A stretch of 64,000 nucleotides of DNA, taken from NCBI GenBank assembly GCA_004764695.1, contig SMSO01000025.1, positions 4,318,862 to 4,382,861 on the forward strand, read 5' to 3'. The notes beneath the pieces are model-generated. The model was not told the origin of the DNA. It searched no databases and saw nothing but the letters and a program-made list of their open reading frames with translations. This document shows positions 53,001 through 63,600 of this stretch, one piece after another. The position numbers and the translations under genes were made by a program. Position 1 is the stretch's first letter; the number at the start of each line of letters is the position of its first letter. The DNA comes from Schizochytrium sp. TIO01 (lineage: Eukaryota; Protista; Bigyra: Labyrinthulomycetes).

Positions 53001-54454
53001 GCTGCGTCTTCTTTCTTAATCTTCGCACCAGTGGTATCTTTATCCTCTCTATCTGCGTCCTCGTCATTTTCATCCTCTGATGCATGCTTGTCGGCTTCGT
53101 CCTTCTTAGACGACTTGTGGTGATGGTGGTGATGGTGATGATGATGGTGATGCTTAGAACGTCCGTTCTCAGCATCTTTCTTAGACTCCTTCCGGGACCC
53201 TTCTGAAGTGGCTTTATCTTCGTCTTCATCGTCCTTGTTGGTGCTGACGTCTTGTTTTTCCTCCATTGAGTCCTCATGTTTGGTGGTACTGCTGCTCTTC
53301 GACGCGCTCTTGGCAGCTTTAGCCTTTGCACTGCTCTTTTTAGCGGGTGTGCGACGCACCTCCTCTTCTTCTTCCTCGTCGTCGTCGTCGTCTTCGTCGT
53401 CATCATCATCCTCTTCCTCTTCTGGGGGCAGGGAGTGAACTTCGGAGACCTTCTCCCAGAAGCTGTCTCCATCATCATATGCGACCTGGACTTTTTGTCT
53501 CGTTTCGTTCACTTTCTTAACGGTGCCATGGAACCACTCCTTTTCTCCATTCCAGTATACTTTGACCCTTTTCCTCAAGAACTTCTTCTTTAGTTCCTTG
53601 GCCGTCATCGTCTCCCGGCCGTCCGCGTCCTGGCCTTCTCCACGCCGCTTGCGTTTCTTGCCTTTGTCGTCCTCGTCGCCGCCGGCCTTTTTCTTCTTCG
53701 AGAGCGGTCCTCCTCCGTCCCCCATCTTCATAGGCGGTGTACGAGGTCGCTTGCGTTTCCGCGGTTTTCCATTCGCCTGGCCTTTCTCATGCAAGAACCA
53801 GCTCTCAAAGTCCAGGCCGTCCTCGTACTCCCATGACTCCTCGCCATCGTCGTACTTCACCAGGTACTTCTTCCGAGCGCGGCTCGGATCGTAGTTGCGC
53901 ACCTTTCCGTAATAGAACCGTTCTTCACCGTCCCAGTAGACACCAACGCGTCTGCCGACAGCCTCGCGTCCCACGTAGAGTGGCGCCCTCCCGGGGGACG
54001 CTGACGCCGACGCCGGGCCTTCCTCGTCGACCTTGCCCATTCCTGCGCCGCTCTGTGTATCCTTGGCGGAGGCGGTGTTTCCGTTCTCGGAGGAGCTCTT
54101 GCTGGATGTCTGCTGGAGGCTGTTGGCGTCGCTAGATTTCCGGTTTGAGTTCGAGTTCGAGTTTAAGCTTGGGCTTGCGCTTGAACTTGAGTCTGGTTTT
54201 GGTTTTGGTTTTGAGTTCGAATTTGGGTTTGAGTTTGGGTTTGAGCTCGAGCTCGAGCCTGGGTCTGCACCCGCGTTCGCAGAGCTAGCGCCCTGCCTCG
54301 AGGCTTTGTCTGCTGCTGCTGCTGCGTCTCCTCCTTCTTGTGTTTTTTTCAATCCCTCAGAGCTCCTCTTGCCGTCGTCTTCCTCCTCGTTGTTGTTGTC
54401 GTTCTCGTTGTTGTTGTTGTCGTTGCTCTTCAGATCGGGCCTGGGCTCCGCCAT
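50009..54454 (-). CDS. Tudor-domain, coiled-coil and ankyrin-repeat protein, 1481 aa
   Basis: Two Tudor-like domains ('VGRRVGVYWDGEERFYYGKV..YD....YLVKYDDGEESW' and 'KRVKVYWNGEKEWFHGTV.......VAYDDGDSFW'), NLS-like basic patches, a poly-His run, (KAKEEAxx)n coiled coil and multiple C-terminal ankyrin repeats ('G.SLLHLACALGH.DMVALLLKHGA', 'GRTPLAWAC'). Confidence 0.88.
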   Translation of the reverse strand: MAEPRPDLKSNDNNNNENDNNNEEEDDGKRSSEGLKKTQEGGDAAAAADKASRQGASSANAGADPGSSSSSNPNSNPNSNSKPKPKPDSSSSASPSLNSNSNSNRKSSDANSLQQTSSKSSSENGNTASAKDTQSGAGMGKVDEEGPASASASPGRAPLYVGREAVGRRVGVYWDGEERFYYGKVRNYDPSRARKKYLVKYDDGEESWEYEDGLDFESWFLHEKGQANGKPRKRKRPRTPPMKMGDGGGPLSKKKKAGGDEDDKGKKRKRRGEGQDADGRETMTAKELKKKFLRKRVKVYWNGEKEWFHGTVKKVNETRQKVQVAYDDGDSFWEKVSEVHSLPPEEEEDDDDDEDDDDDEEEEEEVRRTPAKKSSAKAKAAKSASKSSSTTKHEDSMEEKQDVSTNKDDEDEDKATSEGSRKESKKDAENGRSKHHHHHHHHHHHHKSSKKDEADKHASEDENDEDADREDKDTTGAKIKKEDAATKKTLVENEKGTAANSKLNITNKDEDKSHKDSASASADDGDSAAAAAAKKVKDEADEKAKDEADKKAKEEADKKAREEADKKAREEADRKAKEEADRKAKEEANKKAKEEADKKAKEEADKKAKEEADKRAKEEAERKAKEEAERKAKEEAERKAKEEAELKAKQEAERKAKEEEEAREKARLEKEAEEERKRKEAEEAEAARKKKQQEEEEERKRKEEEEAERKRKEEEEMDPAILLSKVVPAPAKQEDAVGWRVEYVSVEKPRDGPLKGQCVAYKAEGDKYIMVPSSVEGKLGELNVEQGIIVDYKERVPTPILQRRFMKGDASSVEKLLRAGADLHKLKPVEGREIFDVVLSKTAASGRADMIRVLLADEFELPISEETLAKLFKCAVDDLKNPVLLRCILDKASRMDTAFESDEVRDDLFRFCVEHILKLNAEGKLEKLDQMVVETLSAEKPFGFHLDKALHASAQQPSMRDNRSNSVVEGTPLLQAMARGNIPMAMRLMDMELRKAGAAEKPLTLSPAHWQCTLSEQWASMEEPWGLHSPIRFILFFYIVTRSFTEVRMLTRIITWMRRNKLIDLNSGTKEDEAPPLIFLCTLTEKRMRLQVRVAMMQLCQAGANPNVMFKGATPLRACVKHRNGRFIKLLVKECKADPQHASPLLLACELGHEEEVDALIACGAKINPEVFSSGPGIISKLFKGKLSLLEQILGGPDASEATKREMATHVLLDLCYVDDPDAGLVESLLKVGADPNMQLPDPSPSENKSANSNSNINGNNTSKAAEPLLPSKVRRRPRKPILAALTENKPELVRLMIDKGNLDINTIQDESTSHSLLVWACEQGQMQLVNTLLDAGADVNALSGAKHARTNALITALRTSNTDLLARLLQNPSANVNMDTPNGASLLHLACALGHNDMVALLLKHGAHVNVVDAIGRTPLAWACVANNVEAIRLLASAGADMHHADRDGSSALDVAIQQGNTSVALVLVEQGAVLPHLNK
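52480..52850 (-). repeat. 24-nt coding tandem repeat encoding KAKEEA(D/E)(K/R), about 15 copies
   Basis: Visible in both the DNA and the translation. Confidence 0.9.
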
Positions 54455-54654
54455 GGCGCCGCCCTCGCCTCAGCGCCCGCGCAAGCGCTCCAGACGCCGC
54501 CACGCCGCCTCCGACGGCAGCGGACGGGCCCGCGGATCCTCCACGCCGCCCCGCCCTCCGCCGCTCCGCGACACCGCCGAGCCCTCGCCGAGCGAAGGGG
54601 TAATGAATGAATGATCTCTCAACTTCTTTTCCTCCTTCTTCTTCTTCTCTCTTT

Positions 54655-54960
54655 CTATTCTATTCAATTCATTCTTCTCTTTCTATCTATTCATTCTATC
54701 TATTCTATTCGTTCTATTCATTCTATCTATTCATATTCTATTCATTCTATTTATTCATTCTATTCATTCTATTCATTCTATTCATTCTATTCATTCTATT
54801 CATTCTATTCATTCTATTCATTCTATTCATTCTATTTATTCATTCTATTCATTCTATTCATTCTATTCATTCTATTCATTCTATTCATTCTATTCATTCT
54901 ATTCATTCTATTCATTCTATTCATTCTATTCATTCTATTCATTCTGTTCGTTCTGTTCAC
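54655..54960. repeat. (ATTCTATTC)n 9-bp minisatellite, about 300 bp
   Basis: Near-perfect array upstream of the Tudor/ankyrin gene. It generates the spurious ILF/HSI/SFY ORFs in the track. Confidence 0.97.
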
Positions 54961-55320
54961 TCCAATTCAAATCACTTCTTCGCTTTCAATTGATTATTGA
55001 ACATTCATTCCCTCTCAATCTCTGATCTTTTACAACATCTTTCTTCTCCCTCTTATTCTTCCTAGCTACCTGCTACCACATAGCACCCGCCTACCGCCCG
55101 CTACCCTTATAGGACCTACCTACGCCTCTCTACCCCCATATTGGCGCCCATATCTGTACTTAATATGTATATATATCTTCGCCGTGAGGATTCATTTCTT
55201 TATTTCTTTTAGCTTACTTACAGACTACTACTGCGCGCCTATTGGCTCCTACTGCGCCCTCCTTCCAAATTTTTCTCCTTCGTCTCTCCTAGGCCTCTCG
55301 CTAGCCCTCGCTATCCCCCG

Positions 55321-55415
55321 ATTGTCCACTTGCAGGCCTCCAATTGTCTACTTGCAGCCTCCAATTATCTACTTGCGGGCGCCCATTGTGCACTTGTGGC
55401 CCCCCATTGTCTACT
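55321..55415. repeat. Degenerate 21-bp tandem repeat, about 4.5 copies
   Basis: ATTGTCCACTTGCAGGCCTCCA / ATTGTCTACTTGCAGCCTCCA / ATTATCTACTTGCGGGCGCCC / ATTGTGCACTTGTGGCCCCCC / ATTGTCTACT. Confidence 0.8.
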
Positions 55416-55650
55416 ATCAACGGTCTTGCTCATCGCAGTAAGTAAGTGGGATGTTCTCTGTGTCTGTTTATCTAATAACCCAAACAATCAAAATCCAAAG
55501 TTAACATTTCTTCCCTTTACTAAGTTTCTACATAATTAAACAACATCAACAACATACTACCCTCATCTACTCTAAACTATATAAAGCAGCACTAGAGAAG
55601 AAGAAAAAACCAATTAACAAAGAACAAATAACAAAAAAACAAAAAAAAGA

Positions 55651-55681
<31 letters not shown>

Positions 55682-58370
55682 TTTCTTTCTTTCCTTCAAT
55701 AACATTAATACTGCTGTTTCCGTGCCCCTAGCACCTCATCTATCGTTAACGATAGCACCTCCGCTGCGCAGTTTTACGAGGATGAGGATCCCACGCCAGA
55801 AACCTGAGCAGGCGGCCGCAGCTCTTGGGCGCCAGAGGACGCGTGCTGCCGAGGTCCCTCCGGGGGCCCCTGGCCCTGTTTCCCCAGGCTGGAGCGGCTT
55901 CGCGGCGGGTTCGCGGCGGCTTCTGGGGCTCCTGCCCTGCATCCTTGAGCTCTTCTCTCTCTCTCAATCTTCGCAATCAGAGACTTATTAAACCATTTTG
56001 TTTTGTTACTGTTTCGGTATCATTCTCTTCGCTGAGCCGTTCCAAAGCAGTGAAAGTGAACAGAACGGGTAAACCATGAGTGCATATTATTATTTTCAAC
56101 TGTTATGATCATAAATCAGATGGGAAAACAAACAAACACGTTCATTCCAGCCTCGCAAGACAGCCGCTATGGGCCCATGGCCGGGCAGGCTGGCAGGCAG
56201 GCAGGCAGGCAGGTGGGAAGGTAGGCAGGTCCTGGGCAGCCCCGGAGGGGTTGGAGAGCAGGGTTTGCTGGTCTATCTTTGGCTGTTCGTTGATTTCTTT
56301 CTCTTATTTTTCTTTTTTCCTTTTCTTTCCTTTTGCTGCTTTCTCAAAGTTTCAATCCAAAACGCATTCGCTTCTTTTAGTTTTGATTTATAGAAAAGAA
56401 AAGAAAAAGAAGTGAATAGCTTTGATCTCTCTTTGCAGAAAATCTCTCCGTTCATTGAATGATGCATTCATTCATTCGTTCGCTTATGCATTTAATGGTT
56501 CATTGAGAGATTCATTGAGAGATTCATTCGTTTACTCATTCGATGATTCATTCATTCATTCATTCATTCATTGATTTCTTCATTTCTTCAGAGTGGTTTT
56601 TCCCGTCATACTTTTCCCTCTTTCTTTGTGAGAAGGACTTTGGGTTTGTTTTTTCCAACAAATACAGAGCAGAACCACTACTATCACCCTCTACCCTTTA
56701 CCGCTAAGGGTGCCCAAAAGTATCTTCCAGATAGGAGTCAGATAGAGATTATTGCTAAGCCTTCAACAAGCAGACGGAAGGAGTTTAGGACAACCCGCGG
56801 GTTGATAGATTGCTTATGCGCGGCATTTTGGACGCGGCTCTTAAGGGTTTTGGTTAGGTGGAGTAGTCCCCACAAGCGCTGGTGTGCAGAGGAGGCCGTG
56901 CTAACTGTTTTCAGTAGATAGCGCTATCCCTCCTGTCCAAAAAGCGTTGAAGCCTGAGGCCTGGGCGTATTTTATTGCTTTCTGCCCAATATAATTATAA
57001 TAACTTTCTTTCTCTTCCTTCCTCTTTCTTTTCTTTATAGACTCTCTCCAATCCAAGTTCAAGAAAGCGGAGAAAAGGAACACTTTAAATGAACGAAGAA
57101 CAGCTAAGCGGGCCTCTATCGTTCTTCCATACCCCCTTATCTCCCGCTCCCTCCTGCGCCGGGAAGGGCCCTTTGCGGGGCTACAGTGGGAGTCATGCTG
57201 CATGCGTTCATTTCCTTCACTTGGAGTTCCTGGAACACGTGGAACGCTCCTTTCTCCTTTCTCCTTTCTTTCATTCTCTCTTTCTTTCAAGATCAGATCT
57301 TTCGTTTATTTCTCTGTTTGTTAGCAGAAACGGAAGCTGCTCCTTATTTCGCAGGAGCGCCAGCCTGGACTCCCTCCCTCCCTCCCTCCCTCCAGGCAGG
57401 GAAGAAGCCGCCTCTCCCTTGGACCAGGAGCTGCAACGAGCGAGGAAGGGCCCTGCTTTCTCGAGTCTCTGCAGCCTCAACGCGGTCGCCGTCTTTGTCC
57501 TCTCCTCTCTCTTTGCTTCTTATGAAAGGCAAGCAGTTGAAAGATATATATATATCTTACTTACTAATCCTTTGGCAATCATTTATGTTTATGATTTTAA
57601 TTTCTTTGTTTGAATGAATGAATGAATGAATGAATTAATTAATTGAAATTGAAATTGAAATTGAAATTGAAACTACTAAGTCAAAAACCATTGAACCGAT
57701 AGAATAGAATATGGGAGATATGTGTATCCTATGCCCATATGTAAAGAGAGGGAGAAAGATTGAAAAGACGGGTAAAACGTATGCTACGCTCTCCTAATGT
57801 TTACCGCAGAGGACTTTTTCCCATCAGTCGCAGAGCCAAGGACTAGGAGTGCGGTAGGACTCGCTAGTCAGCCGTTAAGACGTTCTTGTGTGTGCAGCTA
57901 TAGGAGCTGGTTAGGGGCTGCTAGGAGGAGGAGGAGGCCAGAGAGGGTATAGAGTATATATATATATATGTAAAGCTTCTCAGGAGAGGGATTGAGGGGT
58001 TGAGTTGAGGTCGGGAGATATGCATGAAAGGGGACCTGCAAAGTTTGGATGCAGAGAATCAACTGTGCGAATCTACTGGCTAGCCATCCGGCGCTTGAGA
58101 TTTGTATTAGGTTGTGGGCTGCTTTAACGTGGAAGGTTGTCACCGCGGAAGCAAGAGACAATTTGCAGCCAATATCCAGGCCACTTCCAACAATGGTAGA
58201 ATTGCTGCAATGCTATAACAACGATCTTACCCGTCAGGAAAGGAAAGACTCAATGTGCAAGGTCATTTGATCATTTCAAGAATATTATTGTAATTCTTAA
58301 ACAAAAACACCACGTACCCACAGTGTGCCCCTCACAATGATGCCGAGGGAAACCTCACTCTTGTAACTTG

Positions 58371-60083
58371 CTATTCAAATAGAATCGCACTGCCAACACT
58401 CTCAACAGTGCGCATAAGTTGATCTTTTTCTTTTAATGCTGGTTTTCTGCGTGTAGTTTCATCAAGGATTTTCGGAGACATCTTCAGCAAGTTTGTAGGG
58501 GTCATCGGTGTCGAACATGTTTCAAGCTTGGCAATGACTTGAACACCGATTGTGGTCCGTTCTCCATGCCAATCTGAAAAGACCCATTCTGAAGGTGTAA
58601 AGACAAATTTGTCAGATCTTCGATCATTATTATACTGGCAAGAAACATGCCCCTTATTCAGAACCAAATATGCTCGGGGGGAACCTCTAAAATAGCTATT
58701 CGTACGAATCTTTTCAATGTAAAATGGCTGACAAATGCTATTGGTTTCGCCACTCGATTCTTCAAAGCGACAAAAATGACCATCTTTGAAGTATCCTGAC
58801 GTAGGATTGCCTAACATGGCTAGTTTATCATCTACATTGAAAACTCGAGAATAAGCCCCAAACTCCATTGTCACAACGAGACTAAGGATTCGAAGTGTAT
58901 ACGAGTCGCTAAAACTGGAATCAAGATCATCTGCTACGGCAATCTTCACTTCAACAGGCTTGTTTATCTTGCTTCCAGACACTGTTACAATCACCGGGAA
59001 GTCTGCTGTAACGTCATGTCGAGGAGTTGGCTTTGGGCAGAACTGACCGGAAAACTCTTTTGCTTGGAGGGGATCTTTATCAGCCAGCTCCACAACAGTA
59101 GCACTAGAGAATGAACTGTGCCAAAGTTTAGCTTGAATATCAAACTTACCCATCGGCATAAACTCGCAAGTAGAATCTGAATAGGTAGCGACAAGGAGAC
59201 ACTCTAATGAAACTAGATCTTGCTCACACACATAACCTTCATGAGATACGTCGCAACGTCTAGGATCTATTGGCTTGAGTACCACATCCCCAACCTTGCA
59301 GGTATCTAGGAACCTCAATTCAAGAGGTACGTCTTGCAGAATTAAAGTGGTGACAACATGCAAGCGACTACTAGCCACCAAACGATCCGTGCAGGGTTCC
59401 ATCCAGTAGTCCTTAATTTGCATTATGTTTGGATCTACGTGCACGCGAGCAATCCTTACATCAAAGCGAATATGCAGTTGCAAAGGGTTATTGACCCTTT
59501 TCTCCCCAGGGTTGCATTCTGTGGGAGTCGAAATACTTACGAAAGCTTCCACGCCTCGATATACCTGCTCACTAGTTACATGAATGACCTCTGGTACCAC
59601 TTGCGTACAGCTTTGAAGTATTTCAATGAATCCACTTGCGTTCACCTGACTAGAGTATCTTCCTTGGCCATTCCCTTCAAGATGCATCAGACAATATCCG
59701 TGAATGTTCTCAAGACCGACTCTTAAGATCACCTCAGGCGGGAATGAGCAACTATCTGTGGCAGCGTTTGTCTTGCGAAGTTCAAGAACTACGGCTTCGA
59801 GCTCACCACGCTCACGCATCACAAAATTCTGCACAGAAAAGGCAGGATCGTTGTTCTCACCCTCGACGCCCAGCTCGCTAATATTGGTTATCTTCAGAGC
59901 TGCAACATTATTGTCAAACACTTCAGACTTTTCAAGGAGTTTTGCAAAACCCTTTTTTGCCTCAACACGTAGACTTCTCAAAGGAAATCCGGCTACAACA
60001 GTTGTAAGTGCTATGAGTAACAACAACAGCGTTACAACCGCAACAGCGGTCCTGCCACAAGCCACCATGCTTCGCTGGTCCAC
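58371..60083 (-). CDS. Uncharacterised Cys-containing secreted or signal-anchored protein, 570 aa
   Basis: Long ATG-initiated ORF with an N-terminal hydrophobic stretch (AVAVVTLLLLLIALTTVVAG), many Cys and Val/Ile-rich strand-like segments. No family recognised. Confidence 0.75.
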   Translation of the reverse strand: MDQRSMVACGRTAVAVVTLLLLLIALTTVVAGFPLRSLRVEAKKGFAKLLEKSEVFDNNVAALKITNISELGVEGENNDPAFSVQNFVMRERGELEAVVLELRKTNAATDSCSFPPEVILRVGLENIHGYCLMHLEGNGQGRYSSQVNASGFIEILQSCTQVVPEVIHVTSEQVYRGVEAFVSISTPTECNPGEKRVNNPLQLHIRFDVRIARVHVDPNIMQIKDYWMEPCTDRLVASSRLHVVTTLILQDVPLELRFLDTCKVGDVVLKPIDPRRCDVSHEGYVCEQDLVSLECLLVATYSDSTCEFMPMGKFDIQAKLWHSSFSSATVVELADKDPLQAKEFSGQFCPKPTPRHDVTADFPVIVTVSGSKINKPVEVKIAVADDLDSSFSDSYTLRILSLVVTMEFGAYSRVFNVDDKLAMLGNPTSGYFKDGHFCRFEESSGETNSICQPFYIEKIRTNSYFRGSPRAYLVLNKGHVSCQYNNDRRSDKFVFTPSEWVFSDWHGERTTIGVQVIAKLETCSTPMTPTNLLKMSPKILDETTRRKPALKEKDQLMRTVESVGSAILFE

Positions 60084-61021
60084 TCTGTTTATGGGATTGG
60101 AACAACGCCTTCTCAGTTTTAGCCTTCAAGTTTTGTTTCGGGTACTGCTGTTCTAGTTGGAAAACCCTCGGACTTCGAAATGCATGGGGGTTCGATTACT
60201 TACCTCTTATGACTCTCAATTAGCATTTCTTCAGGTCATAAGCACTATAACGTGATTGTCAGCACATGAACAAGCAAGCGAGCAAGTAGAAACCCAAGAA
60301 TGTAAAAAGCACGAGGGGCTATTCTGCGTGATCAAAGAAGGCATACCTTAAACATACAAAGTTCTGCAATCCCAAATTCCAAATACTCAGGCTGTCCGGG
60401 TCTGCTTAGTTGTGAGGAAAGTGCAGGAAAGAAATTTCGAGATTGGGTAATCGTGCCTTTATACTCTTGGTACACATGGTCGCTCACGACCCTCACTGGA
60501 AGGAGAAAAGGGGAAGGAAGGAAAAGGAGGGACAAATTAGCGTTCAGGGTGGCGTCAAACTATCCAACCGTGCGGTTGGTCGGCTTTCCTTTCTTTGTTA
60601 TTCAATCGCTATGTTGAAGGCCTCTATCTCTATTTCCACCCCTATGTGTGCACGAATCACAAAATAACTTGCACAGGCAATGAGAATGTTGGCTGACGCG
60701 TATGCTCGTTTGTACCACCACCCAGGCCCTGCTTCTGAGCTCGTGTAATCTTAGAACATATGCAGAAAGTTTTTACTTGCGAGAAGGTGCAGCTCAACTG
60801 ATACAACTCGAAGAGTTCTCTTCAAGGGTAAAACTTCTATTTGGCTTGAAATCACTCTTCAAAAGCTTCTCTCGTCACAAAATGAAACTGTTCTCAAAGC
60901 TTCTGTATTCTGCACCACTCAAACAACTAAATCCTTACTCGATTGCAAGACAAAATGGGACAGATGGATCTTCTTTTGAAGTTTTAGAAGAAAGTATTTA
61001 CTAACCTTAAGGGTGGTATGC

Positions 61022-62881
61022 TCAATACATGAAGGATTCGGTGACGACATTATGCGGTTTAGGCGCTTGTGCGGAGGACCAAGCCGATTGGAAATGAGCC
61101 ACGAATGGATCGGTTCCGCAGGCAAATAGAGCCTCTATTTTTGCATCTTCATAGCCTTGTAGTCCTTGTCTAATTGCTTCCGGACTGACCCGGCCATTGA
61201 AGTAATACAGTTTGCCTTCTTTTGATTCTGGTAGGCTCACTTGGTCCTCAACTCTTGTAAGATTAATTACGATTCGAATACGAGAGCTTACAAGAGCTTG
61301 GAGCTCACGTGAGAAAATCACGTCAGCTGCGTTTTTCGCTGAGAGAAAGACAATCGCCGTTTGTCCAGTCATGGCCATCCGACGCAGGTTTGAGATCACA
61401 GGCGTCACCCCTGAACCTGCTGCGGCAAAGACGTATATCCCTTCCTTGTCTTGGCCATCATCGGAAGCACATACTCCTTCAGAATGTGCTTCAACAACAT
61501 CATCTGCAGACGACCTCCACGGATGGCGTACACAGAAATTTCCCTCGATACCTAAGAGGCGAAGCTTGAGCTTACGCAATTCCTGCATGTCGTGTAAGAG
61601 ACCTGATACCTTGCCTCCCTTTTTATGTTTTACAGTGATGGCAATGCGGGTGTCACCTCCAGCACTTGAAGATCCCTGGCGTGGTGTCGAAGAAATGGTC
61701 CAAGCTCGATTAAATGAATCTTCGCCATTTTCAATCAGGAAGTTTCCATATTGCCCTGGCTCATAATTGATAGGACGACTCAAGGCCAAGTAAAATGTAG
61801 ATGTGTCCTCTGTCTGCGGCATGATCTGGGTGATTCGCACAGGATCACCTGAGCGCGTAGCTGCAGGGGGGTTGAATGGCGATGGAATTGGGTCATCAGT
61901 AGATACCATACGCAATGCACTCTTCATGAGAAGCGCTGAGGCGATTTCAAGATGGATAACCCGCTGCGAGCCGGGCATCGACGAATCCTTATTGAAGTCA
62001 ATTTTGGCAGATGCTTTGATCTGTACAATGTCTCCATTGGCAAAATTAACGAATAGGAGACCAACCCGAGGATCAAGAGCGATATTACCAAGCGTGTTGA
62101 AAAAGAAATTTCCGACATATTCGGGATAAACCAATGTTCTGGGCCCAACCGGTTTGACGAAGCCAGGTGGCCCACCTCTGTGCGAGGCGTCTAAACCATT
62201 GTCTTCTCCTCCAGATACTATGAAAAATGTGTCTGCATGGCGGATCATGTCATGCAGGGCGACAAGTTCCTCGTCGTATTGCAGAAGCTGCACCTTGGGG
62301 CCTCTGTTGCCGTGTCGCACAGGGTTAGGCTTCCAAGTCCTGGCCTGAATGTATTTAGGGCAGTTTCCGTACGACTGTCGAACGCGAGCTTTGATTTTGG
62401 CATCACTGGTATTGTTTTGGTCTACAACAACGCCATTGAGGCGCGCTCGCTGTCTTCTATCAAGCTCGATCCGTAGCATACCAACTTGAGCGTTAGGTCG
62501 TTGTAAATTCTTCTCTAAAGGATCACCTCGGATGATGCCATTTGCATTGAGTTCGAATGTTTGCCCATCTTGCGGAATGCTTACAAGGCCTTTATCGGCT
62601 GGCAGCGGGTCTAGCGACGCACCAGCACCTTGGGGCAATGAAGATATCGGGGCTTGCATAATGGACGCTCGCGGATGCCCGTCAGCATCTTGGCTTGCTA
62701 CGACAAGCCAGGATGCATCTTCAAAAAAGTCCTTGTAGTTGTCACGGATAGTGTCTGAGATAAAGTCATTGTACTGCGCTCGCACCTGAGCAGCGTCCAC
62801 AGGGCCCATAACCTGCTCCTGCACCTTGATTTCACCCACGTGCCACGGCCCGATGCCTCCATTGTCTTGGTACTCTGACAT
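61022..62881 (-). CDS. Pyridoxamine 5'-phosphate oxidase-like FMN-binding domains fused to a ferredoxin-reductase-type FAD/NAD(P)-binding domain, about 619 aa
   Basis: PNPOx-like part: 'WHVGEIKVQ', 'RRQRARLNG', 'QSYGNCPKYIQAR', 'ADTFFIVS..DASHRGGPPGFV', 'GNFFFNTLGNI..DPRVGLLF'. FNR part: 'PGQY..RAWTISS', 'AAGSGVTPV', 'CG..PF' and terminal 'ESF'. Start placed at ATG 62881; the ORF is open to 62965. Confidence 0.88.
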   Translation of the reverse strand: MSEYQDNGGIGPWHVGEIKVQEQVMGPVDAAQVRAQYNDFISDTIRDNYKDFFEDASWLVVASQDADGHPRASIMQAPISSLPQGAGASLDPLPADKGLVSIPQDGQTFELNANGIIRGDPLEKNLQRPNAQVGMLRIELDRRQRARLNGVVVDQNNTSDAKIKARVRQSYGNCPKYIQARTWKPNPVRHGNRGPKVQLLQYDEELVALHDMIRHADTFFIVSGGEDNGLDASHRGGPPGFVKPVGPRTLVYPEYVGNFFFNTLGNIALDPRVGLLFVNFANGDIVQIKASAKIDFNKDSSMPGSQRVIHLEIASALLMKSALRMVSTDDPIPSPFNPPAATRSGDPVRITQIMPQTEDTSTFYLALSRPINYEPGQYGNFLIENGEDSFNRAWTISSTPRQGSSSAGGDTRIAITVKHKKGGKVSGLLHDMQELRKLKLRLLGIEGNFCVRHPWRSSADDVVEAHSEGVCASDDGQDKEGIYVFAAAGSGVTPVISNLRRMAMTGQTAIVFLSAKNAADVIFSRELQALVSSRIRIVINLTRVEDQVSLPESKEGKLYYFNGRVSPEAIRQGLQGYEDAKIEALFACGTDPFVAHFQSAWSSAQAPKPHNVVTESFMY

Positions 62882-63479
62882 AGCTACTAATGAAAGCCAC
62901 GCCGCCGCTCCAATCCTCATACAAAAATCGCGTGCGACCGTCCGTGCGAAGTTTTCTTCCTTCAAGAGCCTGAGTTCACAGAGTTCTGGGTCTGCTGGAG
63001 CCTTTCTGCTTCGAAGTTTATTTCAATTGCTGCTTCTCTAATGCACGGGGAAGGCAATCTCAAGCGCCGCAAAAGTCGCATTCCGGCAAGCAAGACGCAC
63101 CACAGATTTCGCCGTCGGGCAAGCGGGTGCTGGCGAAAATACCCAACCTGTTGCAGAAACGGGTGAAGATCTTGGGCGTTCACAGACGGGTATGATACAG
63201 TAGACGTGCTTAGGCTTCGCTCTTGCAGGCCACGCGGCACTTTTCCTCCAAGTCCCGAAAGCGGTCCAGTGCAACGCCGGCGAGTTCTAGTTCTAGCTCC
63301 TGGTCTTCGCGAGTTCGCTCCAAGGTCCCGAGCAAACCCCTTTATCACGCAAGAGGGCAAGCGAACACGCACGCAAGCACGCAATCACCTCCAAGCTGAA
63401 TCCATCGATTTGATCCAAAGTGCTCCTGATTCCTCGCTCCAATTGTGGAGATTTTGGTCTCAATTTTTGGTGCAGTACT

Positions 63480-63600
63480 ATGTACCTACACTGATGTACT
63501 TAGTACTTACTTACTTATACTTACTTAATTACTTACTGAGTCTACTGAGTCTATTTAGACCACTTAGTCTACTTAGGCCACTTAGTCCACTTATAGTTAA
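63480..63600. repeat. Degenerate (TACT)/(ACTTAGTC)-type low-complexity repeat
   Basis: Directly visible. Confidence 0.7.

Noticed and set aside
54607-55000. ORFs with ILF/HSI/SFY repeats
   Set aside because: They are translations of the 9-bp minisatellite.
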